A DNA stretch of 53,493 nucleotides from an uncultured Bacilli bacterium. GTDB taxonomy: Bacteria > Bacillota_I > Bacilli_A > RF39 > UBA660. Where the stretch lies: the NCBI GenBank assembly GCA_944331805.1, contig CALVIS010000003.1, forward strand, positions 1 through 53,493, written 5' to 3'. The notes beneath the pieces are model-generated. The model saw only the letters and a program-made list of their open reading frames with translations. It was not told where the DNA came from and did no database searches. Shown piece by piece: positions 10,416 to 19,312 of this stretch. Both the position numbers and the translations under genes were made by a program. Numbering within the stretch: the stretch's first letter is position 1; each line of letters opens with the position of its first letter.

Positions 10416-12254
10416 TTATAATTCAAACTCTTTCATAAAAAAATCTACTAATCTATTTGTTCTTTCCTTTATGTCTTCGATATGCCAAGCATCTTTACTC
10501 ACTACATCGTCATTCAATTTTAATCCATTTTTATAGCCAATATAATTACCATCTTTATTAACTCTATTCTTTTTCTTTTCAAAAGACAAATTACTTAAGT
10601 TTTGGTTATATCCTGTTATAGTTAAATTTCCTAAAGTATGTACATAATTATTTAAATATTCAATTGCTAAATTTTTATCACCATTTGCTATCATATTAAT
10701 CCACTCTGTGGGAATATTTTCTCCTTCAGGGAAAATATGTTCTATTGTCCAAATATATTTATTACTATTATCTCTACTCCACAAATTAGTATATATTTCA
10801 TTTGTTTTAAATTTATCTTCATAATAACATAGTAAAAATCTTGTAGCATCTGGATTATCTAAATATATTGATCCTTTTAATTTTGCTTCAAATATTTCAT
10901 TAGATGATGAATTAGCTTTTAAATTATTGATAATCAAATCATATATTTCAGTACCTTGTTTATCTTTAATTAGTGCTACTAAATCCATAAATATCTTTGT
11001 TAGATTTCTTGTATTTGGATAATCTGTAATATTCCTTCTAACAAAAAACTTTGTTAAATAGTTAATAATATTTGCAATAATTTCATTATTTAAATTTAAT
11101 TCTTCTTTTTTTGACATCAAATATAAAAGTAAAATATATGCAGGTGCTCCTTGAATTTTATCTAAATTAAATAATGGCTGTGCTAATTCTTCAATAACAT
11201 CATCTTCACTTGCATTGTTAATTAGAATTGAATAATTTCTAGCTTCTTTTTCAACTCTATTTAAAAATTTTTCATAATCTGTTTTAATTAATTTTTCATA
11301 GATATCTAGTATTGTACTTTTTGTAGCTAGATAACCTAATGCATATTTTACTTTTCCTTCTGCTTTATATGGCTCGTTTAATTCATCCCTATAAGCATTA
11401 TAAAATTGTCTAAAAAATCTTTCTTGTACGCTATAATCTTCTCCTAAATAGGAAAGTATTTTTTTCCATTTAGAATAGCATTCATCTGATTTACCATCAT
11501 CATCTGACACACTAATTAATAAATTTTTTATTAAATCAATAGCAGATAAAGGAACTCCTCTATTATTCAAAGATTCAAATAGCATATAAGCATCTTTATG
11601 AGTTTCTACCTGAATAGAGACTAAGATAGCAGAATTAAATTTGTTTACTAACTCAAATAAAATATCTATTTCATTTAAATCTGAATCTTCTTTTTGAATT
11701 TCTTCTACATATTTATCAATTAAATTAGAAAAGTAATAATAGGCTCTATATATTCTTCTATTACCAGCATTATTCTTTTTTTCATAGTCTAAAAGCAAAT
11801 CATTTTCACATAGTAAACTAAAATAATCATCTCTATTATTATTTTGAACTTGTGGTTTTAATCTTGAAATATTTTTTCCATTTCTTTTAACAACTAATTC
11901 CCTTTTAATATTATTTAAATCTGTAAGTCCATCTTCATCTAATTGACTCTTCTTTTTATTTAATTTATTGTATAGAGCTATTAATAAAATAGAAATAGAT
12001 GTTAACCTTTGTTGTCCATCAATAACTTCTAATATAGCGTCGCTCCAAGCACTGACACTATCATCTACACAAATAATAGAACCTAAAAAATACCCTTTAT
12101 CATTTTCAATTACATCATTAAATAATAGATTCCATTCTTTTTGTCCCCATGTATATTCTCTTTGATATTTTGGTATGTTATATAAAATGCTTTTTTCATT
12201 AGAAAATATTTGAGCTATATTATTTGGCTCTGTATATTTAATCATTACACTCAC
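10416..12254 (-). CDS. gmrSD: GmrSD-like type IV modification-dependent restriction endonuclease (DUF262 + DUF1524/HNH)
   Basis: DUF262 motifs IPKYQREYTW, IDGQQRLT, FESLNNRG; C-terminal TIEHIFP...LGNLT...N HNH-like motif; true start may be ATG 12245. Confidence 0.9.
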   Translation of the reverse strand: MSVMIKYTEPNNIAQIFSNEKSILYNIPKYQREYTWGQKEWNLLFNDVIENDKGYFLGSIICVDDSVSAWSDAILEVIDGQQRLTSISILLIALYNKLNKKKSQLDEDGLTDLNNIKRELVVKRNGKNISRLKPQVQNNNRDDYFSLLCENDLLLDYEKKNNAGNRRIYRAYYYFSNLIDKYVEEIQKEDSDLNEIDILFELVNKFNSAILVSIQVETHKDAYMLFESLNNRGVPLSAIDLIKNLLISVSDDDGKSDECYSKWKKILSYLGEDYSVQERFFRQFYNAYRDELNEPYKAEGKVKYALGYLATKSTILDIYEKLIKTDYEKFLNRVEKEARNYSILINNASEDDVIEELAQPLFNLDKIQGAPAYILLLYLMSKKEELNLNNEIIANIINYLTKFFVRRNITDYPNTRNLTKIFMDLVALIKDKQGTEIYDLIINNLKANSSSNEIFEAKLKGSIYLDNPDATRFLLCYYEDKFKTNEIYTNLWSRDNSNKYIWTIEHIFPEGENIPTEWINMIANGDKNLAIEYLNNYVHTLGNLTITGYNQNLSNLSFEKKKNRVNKDGNYIGYKNGLKLNDDVVSKDAWHIEDIKERTNRLVDFFMKEFEL

Positions 12255-12287
12255 ACTCCTAAAGTTATTCTATCATATATTTATAAT

Positions 12288-12317
12288 AAAAAGAAATGAT
12301 TATAATTTCATTTCTTT
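12288..12317 (-). terminator. Rho-independent terminator closing the BREX/HEPN transcription unit
   Basis: Minus-strand AAAGAAATGA-N10-TCATTTCTTT followed by TT. Confidence 0.55.
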
Positions 12318-12451
12318 GGTCAAAAATAATTATTTTCGATTTTTAATATGTGGGGCGATGGGCATTATCTTTTAAAATAATTAGATAAAAATCGATTCCT
12401 TGTGTTGTATGTTAGCTCTGTTTGAGGAGGATTGCAAGTTATTTTTCAACT

Positions 12452-13276
12452 TTAAGATTGTTTTAACAAGGTTTGATAAAAAGTTTGAATTTCTTGCACT
12501 ATTTGTTTAGTACTTCCATTTTCATTGCTATATATTTCCAATAACTTTTTATACATCGTTTCTCCGTAATATTCTACAAATTCTTTTTTTAAATATGTAT
12601 TTAAAAAGTAATTTTTAAACTCTTCATAAATTTCATCTATTAAATTTTCTGTTAAATTATTAAAATTTATATTTTTTAATTTTTGTAATAACCTTTTGTT
12701 CTGTTGATATAATTCAAGATGTTCTTCCTTCTCTTTTTCATTTCGTTTATCTAAATGTAAAATTGTCTTCTGAATCGATATTATAGTTTCAGGATTTTCT
12801 AAAATCATACTTTTAATTTCATCTGATGTTAACTTGTTCAGTTCAAAATCTACAACATTATTACAAATATGAAACAGTAGTATAAATTCTTTTTGTGGAA
12901 TACTTGTATGAAAAATTGTATACTGATCAGCATCATCAATTTTATTTGGATGCTCATATCTATTTCTATAGACAGAATATAATTCATAAATAGTATATGT
13001 GCTATTTAATGATTCTGCATTTAGTGGAATAACCTTTTTATTTAACTCAGATTCTAAATTTTGATATTTATCAAAATATTCTTTTTTATCTTTTATCGCT
13101 CTTATATAATTATATAAGTTGATTTTAAAATAGTTAAGTGTATCCTGAATTTCCAATTGAAAAGTTAGATTTAAAGCTTGTTTACTATATAATTCATCAT
13201 ATCTTTTTAAAGTCCTTTTGGTCCTTTCTCTAGCATTAAGCAAAGTTATCAATGTTTTAATCTTTTTCTGCTTCAT
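12452..13276 (-). CDS. Putative HEPN-domain protein (274 aa)
   Basis: All-helical sequence with RxxxxH motif YRNRYEH; ATGA overlap with the upstream 149-aa gene. Confidence 0.5.
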   Translation of the reverse strand: MKQKKIKTLITLLNARERTKRTLKRYDELYSKQALNLTFQLEIQDTLNYFKINLYNYIRAIKDKKEYFDKYQNLESELNKKVIPLNAESLNSTYTIYELYSVYRNRYEHPNKIDDADQYTIFHTSIPQKEFILLFHICNNVVDFELNKLTSDEIKSMILENPETIISIQKTILHLDKRNEKEKEEHLELYQQNKRLLQKLKNINFNNLTENLIDEIYEEFKNYFLNTYLKKEFVEYYGETMYKKLLEIYSNENGSTKQIVQEIQTFYQTLLKQS

Positions 13277-13722
13277 AGTCCTTCTACCATATTGAAAATT
13301 AATTTTTCGATTTGTACAACAGTATTAACTATTCTTTTGTTAGACAAGAATTTTAAATAATTTTCATATTGATTTTTATATTTAAATTTTATATCCAAGC
13401 CAGTAATATCTAACCAATAAATTCTATTACATGGAAACTCAATAGGAAATTCTATTGGAAAAGTAAAGCCACCATCTTCCACGTTTTTAATACTTAATAT
13501 AGTATTTTCGTGTTTAGTTAAATTAAATGCAAATTGTAATCCTGATAGTAAATCATTATTCATTTTATTATAAAGTCTATATCTACTTAAATTAGCTAGA
13601 AAAGAAATTATTTCTTTTTCTAGTCTTATCCAATCTTCTTTAATATAAATATCCGTGTTTTCTATTTTAGTTAATACTTCTTTTAAATCTTGAATAGCAC
13701 ATAATAAAATTTGCTCATTCAT
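13273..13722 (-). CDS. Hypothetical HEPN-like protein with degenerate motif (149 aa)
   Basis: GLQFAFNLTKH resembles a HEPN RNxxxH motif lacking the Arg; FTFPIEFPIEFP mini-repeat; 6 nt after the brxL stop. Confidence 0.4.
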   Translation of the reverse strand: MNEQILLCAIQDLKEVLTKIENTDIYIKEDWIRLEKEIISFLANLSRYRLYNKMNNDLLSGLQFAFNLTKHENTILSIKNVEDGGFTFPIEFPIEFPCNRIYWLDITGLDIKFKYKNQYENYLKFLSNKRIVNTVVQIEKLIFNMVEGL

Positions 13723-13728
13723 TATTTT

Positions 13729-15759
13729 TTATTCTATTCCTAAGGCTTTATATACAGCATCTTCTGGAGAATTATAAAAAGAAATATTAAATTTAGAAAA
13801 CAAATCACTAGGAACATTAGAAATATCTCCCGCTGATGACATTGGTAACAAAATTTTCTTTGCTCCCGAATCAAAACACACCTGTAAAGTGTTAGCAAGT
13901 TCCTCTACTTTACTTATTGTTCCACCTATACTCATACTTCCTAGAATAACTAAACTGCCTTGCATAGGCTTTTTTAATGCACTACTACACATAGCAACAA
14001 AAGCCGCTAGTGATACATCCTTAGATGCTCCAACTCCTTGTAAATCTTCTACATGCAATAAATAATCTACATTTTCTACTTGAATACTTGCACTAATATT
14101 TTTCTTATTACCTTTAAAATAATTATATGCTGTATTTAATGCTTCTTTTGTTCCTCTATCAGATCCAATTCCCGTGATATTAAATTTACCATGTCCACTA
14201 GGAGATTCCACTTCAATTTTAAATGTTCCTATCATTCCAGAACTACCTCTTCCTATGAAATAGGTATGTCCGGCCTTAAGCATTCCTTCTGGTATTAATT
14301 TTCCGCCTCCACATTCTGGAACAGAAACAAAATTTTCTTCCATTGTATCTAAATCAATATATGAGAAATGAACATCATAAAATTCCATTCCACCTATTTT
14401 TTTAAGTTGCTCTTTTACACGACGTCTTCCAACTAAAGCATATTCTAATATTTCTCTTAATTCATCTTTAGTATATTCTCCATTTGGATATAATAATTTA
14501 ATTAGACCAGAAACTGTTTTTCTTACTGCAATAACATCACGTTGGTTTAAATTATTACCTAGTTTAAAATATTTATCTAAAGAATCTGAAAAAGTTCTTT
14601 TTCTCATTTCTCTAAAAAACTCTGATAAATAGTCAGTAATAAAACCATATTCATCTGTAATTAATTCAGGTCTCATTTTTGGAATTTCCCAACCTGGTAA
14701 ATAATAATGCATTCTATCAAAGAAAGCTGAATCAGTTGCCATTTCTTGTGGAAAAGGTTCAAAAAGATTAGATGTCTTTAATAATACTTCAACACTTTGA
14801 TTAATATTACCAACAAATACCATTGAGGCATTTGCATTTTTTTCTTCTTTTCCTCTTGCAAATGATCCTGATGCCATATAATCTTTCATTATTTGTATTC
14901 CATCTTTGTCTTTAAAGTGAATACCTGCTACTTCATCAAATGCAACACAATCCCACATTCCTACTAGTCCTATCTTCTTTTGACTCATATTATAAAATAA
15001 ATTAGCAACTGTTGTTTGTCCCCCTGATACTAAAATACTATTAGGAGATATTTCTTTATAAATATGTGATTTCCCTGTACCTCTAGGACCTAATTCACAT
15101 AAATTATAATTATTTTCTACTAATGGTACAGCTCTTTCAATAAAATGCCATTTTTGATTATTACTTAAATGAGTAGGTTCAATTCCCATTGAGCGAATTA
15201 ATACATCTATCCATTCATCTTTGCTAAAGTGCTTTCTTTCTTCAAATAAATCACTTAAATCCATATTAGGTAGTTGAATAGGATCTAAACTAGATATAAT
15301 AAATGGACTTTTATGTCTATCTTGATCATCATAAGAATAACTAACTTTAATAATACACCAAATACCACCAACTAGTAGTTTTTCATACTTTTTTATGTAT
15401 TCTTCACTAATAAGAGCATCTTTGATTCCTAAATTTGAAAATTCTGCTTGGTATATATCTAATCTCTCATTTAATCTAACAGTTATTTTATCAATAATTG
15501 TATAGATTCCTTTTTCTTTAATTTTTGATTTAATTTTCTCAGCCTCATCTGGGCGTACAAAATTATCTGCCAATATTCTTTTTACATTTTCAACACCATC
15601 ATTTATTGCTCTTTCATCATTTGTAGCACAATACATTCCTAGTAAATATTCAAGAACATATACAGGTACATTAGCACCTTCTTTTATCTTTTTTGTCAAA
15701 TCTTTCCTAACTACTTTACCTGGAAAATATTTGTTTAATTTAATATTTAACTCATCCAT
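13729..15759 (-). CDS. brxL: BREX Lon-like AAA+ protease BrxL
   Basis: FPGKVVRKDL N-terminus, Walker A GPRGTGKS, Walker B VAFDE, C-terminal Lon-like domain. Confidence 0.95.
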   Translation of the reverse strand: MDELNIKLNKYFPGKVVRKDLTKKIKEGANVPVYVLEYLLGMYCATNDERAINDGVENVKRILADNFVRPDEAEKIKSKIKEKGIYTIIDKITVRLNERLDIYQAEFSNLGIKDALISEEYIKKYEKLLVGGIWCIIKVSYSYDDQDRHKSPFIISSLDPIQLPNMDLSDLFEERKHFSKDEWIDVLIRSMGIEPTHLSNNQKWHFIERAVPLVENNYNLCELGPRGTGKSHIYKEISPNSILVSGGQTTVANLFYNMSQKKIGLVGMWDCVAFDEVAGIHFKDKDGIQIMKDYMASGSFARGKEEKNANASMVFVGNINQSVEVLLKTSNLFEPFPQEMATDSAFFDRMHYYLPGWEIPKMRPELITDEYGFITDYLSEFFREMRKRTFSDSLDKYFKLGNNLNQRDVIAVRKTVSGLIKLLYPNGEYTKDELREILEYALVGRRRVKEQLKKIGGMEFYDVHFSYIDLDTMEENFVSVPECGGGKLIPEGMLKAGHTYFIGRGSSGMIGTFKIEVESPSGHGKFNITGIGSDRGTKEALNTAYNYFKGNKKNISASIQVENVDYLLHVEDLQGVGASKDVSLAAFVAMCSSALKKPMQGSLVILGSMSIGGTISKVEELANTLQVCFDSGAKKILLPMSSAGDISNVPSDLFSKFNISFYNSPEDAVYKALGIE

Positions 15760-15771
15760 TTATTACACCTC

Positions 15772-18315
15772 CTAAAAATCAAAATTATTAGCAATTACTA
15801 TATCTATATAGAACTTTATTTTATCTTGAACAATTCCAGTTTCTTCATCAATAATTACAAGATAATAAGAATCATTTTTATTATATTTAATATTTTTAAA
15901 TACAAATTTTTCTTTAAAGAATCTATCTTTAACTTCTGTATTCTCATAATTAGCAATTATAGTACACTCATCAGATATTCTATTTCCATCCTTATCTTCA
16001 AAGTGTAATAAATATCTACAAGGTTTATTATTTTCATCAACATTTGAATCTTGAAAGAATTCAAGATAAGTAATAGCATTTGTTATTTTAGTTGATAGCC
16101 CCCCATAAGTAATACCTACTTTTTTACTCTTTTCAGTAGTTCTAGTAGATTTAAAATCTATAACAGGAATTATTATTTCTTGAGGAAGAATTCCCCCATG
16201 AACATAGTTTATCCCAGAACCTTGCCTAGCAAATATAATATTACCTTTAGGGATATTAACATAGCCACTATTTTCCCCAAATAAATAATCAAGACTTATT
16301 GATAAAATACCTTCTTCATTAACATTATTATCTGAATAAGAATATCTTGTTTTTTGTTTTGATGAATTAGTAGTTTTACTTGTTTTCTCAAAGTTTTCAA
16401 TTTTTCCTCTTTTATAGAAGAATCCATGATCAGCAGTTATAAATGCATTTATACCACTGAAAGTAGTGTGCAAATCTTTTACTAATCTTTCTAATTCATT
16501 TATCGCTTTATCACAAGCAGTAAAGACTTCATCTTCATTATGTTCTCCTACCTTATCTATTGTATCATGATAAATATAAACAATCTTTTTACCAGAAAAT
16601 AATTTTTTCCATTCTGATTTTGTTATCTCATATAAATCATCATATTTAATTGCAATAGAATGTGGATTTTCTTTTTGTAATAACAGTTCTCTACTCTTAA
16701 TACTACTTGATTCTTTTCCATCTACTAAAATATCATCACTATCACTAACTCTTGATAGTTCTTTATTTGGAAGTAGTGCAGCCATACCTAACTTCGTATA
16801 AGATGGAACTAATCCTTGCATATAAGTAATATCAGACTTACTTGCAAACTGTTTTAATTTTTCATTAAGTTCTTTAGCACATTCATATCTAAATGCATCT
16901 GATATTATTACTATTATCCGATCTTTTTTATCATTAAACGGTTTTATAAATTCTTTATAGAAATTATTTTGCAGGATCATACGACTAGAATCATATCTAG
17001 TCATACTCTCTATCATATCACTCCATTTAATAGATAACTCTCTCATAAAATTATTGACATAAATATTCTCTACTTTATTTTTTAAATCAATAAATAAGTC
17101 TCTATTTTCAATGTTGTCAAAAAAGAAATACATTTTTCTATACAAAGTATCAACTTCACTAAAGTTATCTGCATAATCTTTTGCAAATTTATCAATATCA
17201 ACAACTTTAATTGAATCTTCTACTATATTTATTTTTCTAAAAAATGATATTATTACTTGTAATAAATGATACTCATCATTTAACTTTTCAAACCAATACT
17301 TATTTTCTCTTATATTGATATAAGTATTATATAAGTTGTATTCTCCTATTCCAGTATATAACTTATCAACTATAAATTTTATAATATATTTATCAGCACA
17401 TTCAAATGCATCACTAAAAATATAATCATCTATATCCATAGAAGCAAGTAATTCATCAATTCCAAATTCTTTTTCTACTTCTTTAGACAATTTTTCAAAG
17501 CATCCTTTTGTTAATTTATCTCTCATTAAATTATTGATAAATACTGATACATTTGTTGCTTTATGAGTAAGTAAATATTTGCTATATCTACTTACTTTTT
17601 CAATATTTTTTAGACTAGTAGCAAAATATGTGAATATTAATGATTTATACACTTCTGGTAGTTCTTCGTGAGAACTTATACTAGCACCAAATGTAGTATT
17701 AAATAAATCTAATATAAATTCTTCACTACCAAACTTAAATAATTCTTCATATTTTTTTGAATCTTCATAATAACATTTAAGTATCTCTTTTAATATTTCA
17801 TCTTCATTTATAGACTTAATATTAAGTAATATAGCAGTAACAATTAAATCAATATTATCATTATTTTTTTCTTCAACATCAAAATTATTAAATTTGTTTT
17901 CTCTTTTCTTATCATTAAAGAATTTCCTATATTTTTTTACAATATTTCTCTCATCATCAGTTAATCCTAAATGTTTTATTGTCATTGTTGTTGAATCTGG
18001 ATTAAATAATAAATCACTATTAGAAGTTTCTAAATCTAATAAATCATTATCTATTCCCTTTTTTCTTTCAAAAGGAAGATAGATAACAATATTTTTATTG
18101 AGTTCTTCTTTTTCAATATGATATCTAATCCAAAAACTATTATTATCATATTTAATTATCTCTGTATTATCTAATACAAGTTCATTTATAAAATCTATAT
18201 ATTCCTGCTTTGGATCATACCAAAAGATTATCTTTCTAGTTCTTTTTCTTTCATTATCTCTTGAAAAAGCACCATTTAAAGTATCTTTTAATAGTTCTAA
18301 TACTTCATCAAACAT
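15772..18315 (-). CDS. pglZ: BREX-1 PglZ alkaline-phosphatase-superfamily protein
   Basis: RKIIFWYD N-terminus, IISDAFRYE, PSYTKLGMAALLP, ITADHGF, YVHGG motifs. Confidence 0.95.
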   Translation of the reverse strand: MFDEVLELLKDTLNGAFSRDNERKRTRKIIFWYDPKQEYIDFINELVLDNTEIIKYDNNSFWIRYHIEKEELNKNIVIYLPFERKKGIDNDLLDLETSNSDLLFNPDSTTMTIKHLGLTDDERNIVKKYRKFFNDKKRENKFNNFDVEEKNNDNIDLIVTAILLNIKSINEDEILKEILKCYYEDSKKYEELFKFGSEEFILDLFNTTFGASISSHEELPEVYKSLIFTYFATSLKNIEKVSRYSKYLLTHKATNVSVFINNLMRDKLTKGCFEKLSKEVEKEFGIDELLASMDIDDYIFSDAFECADKYIIKFIVDKLYTGIGEYNLYNTYINIRENKYWFEKLNDEYHLLQVIISFFRKINIVEDSIKVVDIDKFAKDYADNFSEVDTLYRKMYFFFDNIENRDLFIDLKNKVENIYVNNFMRELSIKWSDMIESMTRYDSSRMILQNNFYKEFIKPFNDKKDRIIVIISDAFRYECAKELNEKLKQFASKSDITYMQGLVPSYTKLGMAALLPNKELSRVSDSDDILVDGKESSSIKSRELLLQKENPHSIAIKYDDLYEITKSEWKKLFSGKKIVYIYHDTIDKVGEHNEDEVFTACDKAINELERLVKDLHTTFSGINAFITADHGFFYKRGKIENFEKTSKTTNSSKQKTRYSYSDNNVNEEGILSISLDYLFGENSGYVNIPKGNIIFARQGSGINYVHGGILPQEIIIPVIDFKSTRTTEKSKKVGITYGGLSTKITNAITYLEFFQDSNVDENNKPCRYLLHFEDKDGNRISDECTIIANYENTEVKDRFFKEKFVFKNIKYNKNDSYYLVIIDEETGIVQDKIKFYIDIVIANNFDF

Positions 18316-18317
18316 AA

Positions 18318-19304
18318 TTAACTATTCACCTCCTCTTTTTCTAATTCTTGATATATGTATTCATTCCATTTATTTAAATTATTTGTAAAAGTTTCTTCAT
18401 CTATAAGAGTATCTATTCCAATCTTTTTTAAAATTAACATTCTATATAACATAACAATTTTAAACATAAATAAAGCTGATTCTTTGCCATTCAAAGTATC
18501 TTTTTTAGTGACAGAATGTGAAAATTTGTTTCTTGTATTAACTAATTTACTTAACAAAGAGTCAATATAATATTTGTTGTTATCATCTAAGTCTTCTTCA
18601 TACTTAAATACTTTAAATCTTGTATATTGAATATAAAATCTTAATTTGTCAATAAAATGTAAGTTTGATACTTTTGTCATGTCATCTTTTAATTTTTCAT
18701 AATCAGAAGCTGGTATGTTCATTACATCTATTGTATTAAGATAATCTTTTATTCTATTTAATTTTAAATTTATAATATCATTTCTACAGTCTTTAAATAA
18801 TACTTCAAATAAACCATCTAACGATTGAAGAACATTTACCATAGTAATTTCAGGATATAGATTACTTTTCATTGTTGAAACATTAAATATCGTAACCGGA
18901 AAATTTGCATTTTTATATATTTTTCTATATTCTTTAAAAGAATTAAAAAAAGTTTGATTATCTATTTCTTGTATATATTGTTCACTTGCTCTAATAAAAC
19001 ATTCTTTTGTCTTATATTGTTCTACAATATTTTTCAATTGGTTTTTATCCATAAATGATGCTTCTAAAATTTCTGGAAAATATCCTAATATTATTTCTAA
19101 ATATGAATAAAAGGTCCAAAATATATTTCTCAACTCTTGATCATCCAAAACACTAGAATTTAAATTGATTATAAATCTCTCATATTTATATTCAAACTTT
19201 ATTTCAAAATTATCAAATGCACAACTGGCATTCTTAAATATTTCTGGCATTATTATATTATTACCATTATTCTTTTTTACAACTGTTGATAGTTTTATTT
19301 CCAT
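18318..19304 (-). CDS. ApeA-like HEPN-domain protein inserted in BREX
   Basis: C-terminal LVNTRNKFSH (RxxxxH), preceded by LQSLDGL and followed by MLILKKIGI, an arrangement typical of ApeA-HEPN. Confidence 0.65.
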   Translation of the reverse strand: MEIKLSTVVKKNNGNNIIMPEIFKNASCAFDNFEIKFEYKYERFIINLNSSVLDDQELRNIFWTFYSYLEIILGYFPEILEASFMDKNQLKNIVEQYKTKECFIRASEQYIQEIDNQTFFNSFKEYRKIYKNANFPVTIFNVSTMKSNLYPEITMVNVLQSLDGLFEVLFKDCRNDIINLKLNRIKDYLNTIDVMNIPASDYEKLKDDMTKVSNLHFIDKLRFYIQYTRFKVFKYEEDLDDNNKYYIDSLLSKLVNTRNKFSHSVTKKDTLNGKESALFMFKIVMLYRMLILKKIGIDTLIDEETFTNNLNKWNEYIYQELEKEEVNS

Positions 19305-19312
19305 ATTTATAC

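Noticed and set aside
12387-12400. AAAAATCGATTCCT similar to AAAAATCGACTCCT in the terminator near 30842-30855
   Set aside because: Short, half poly-A, and the similarity does not extend; may be chance
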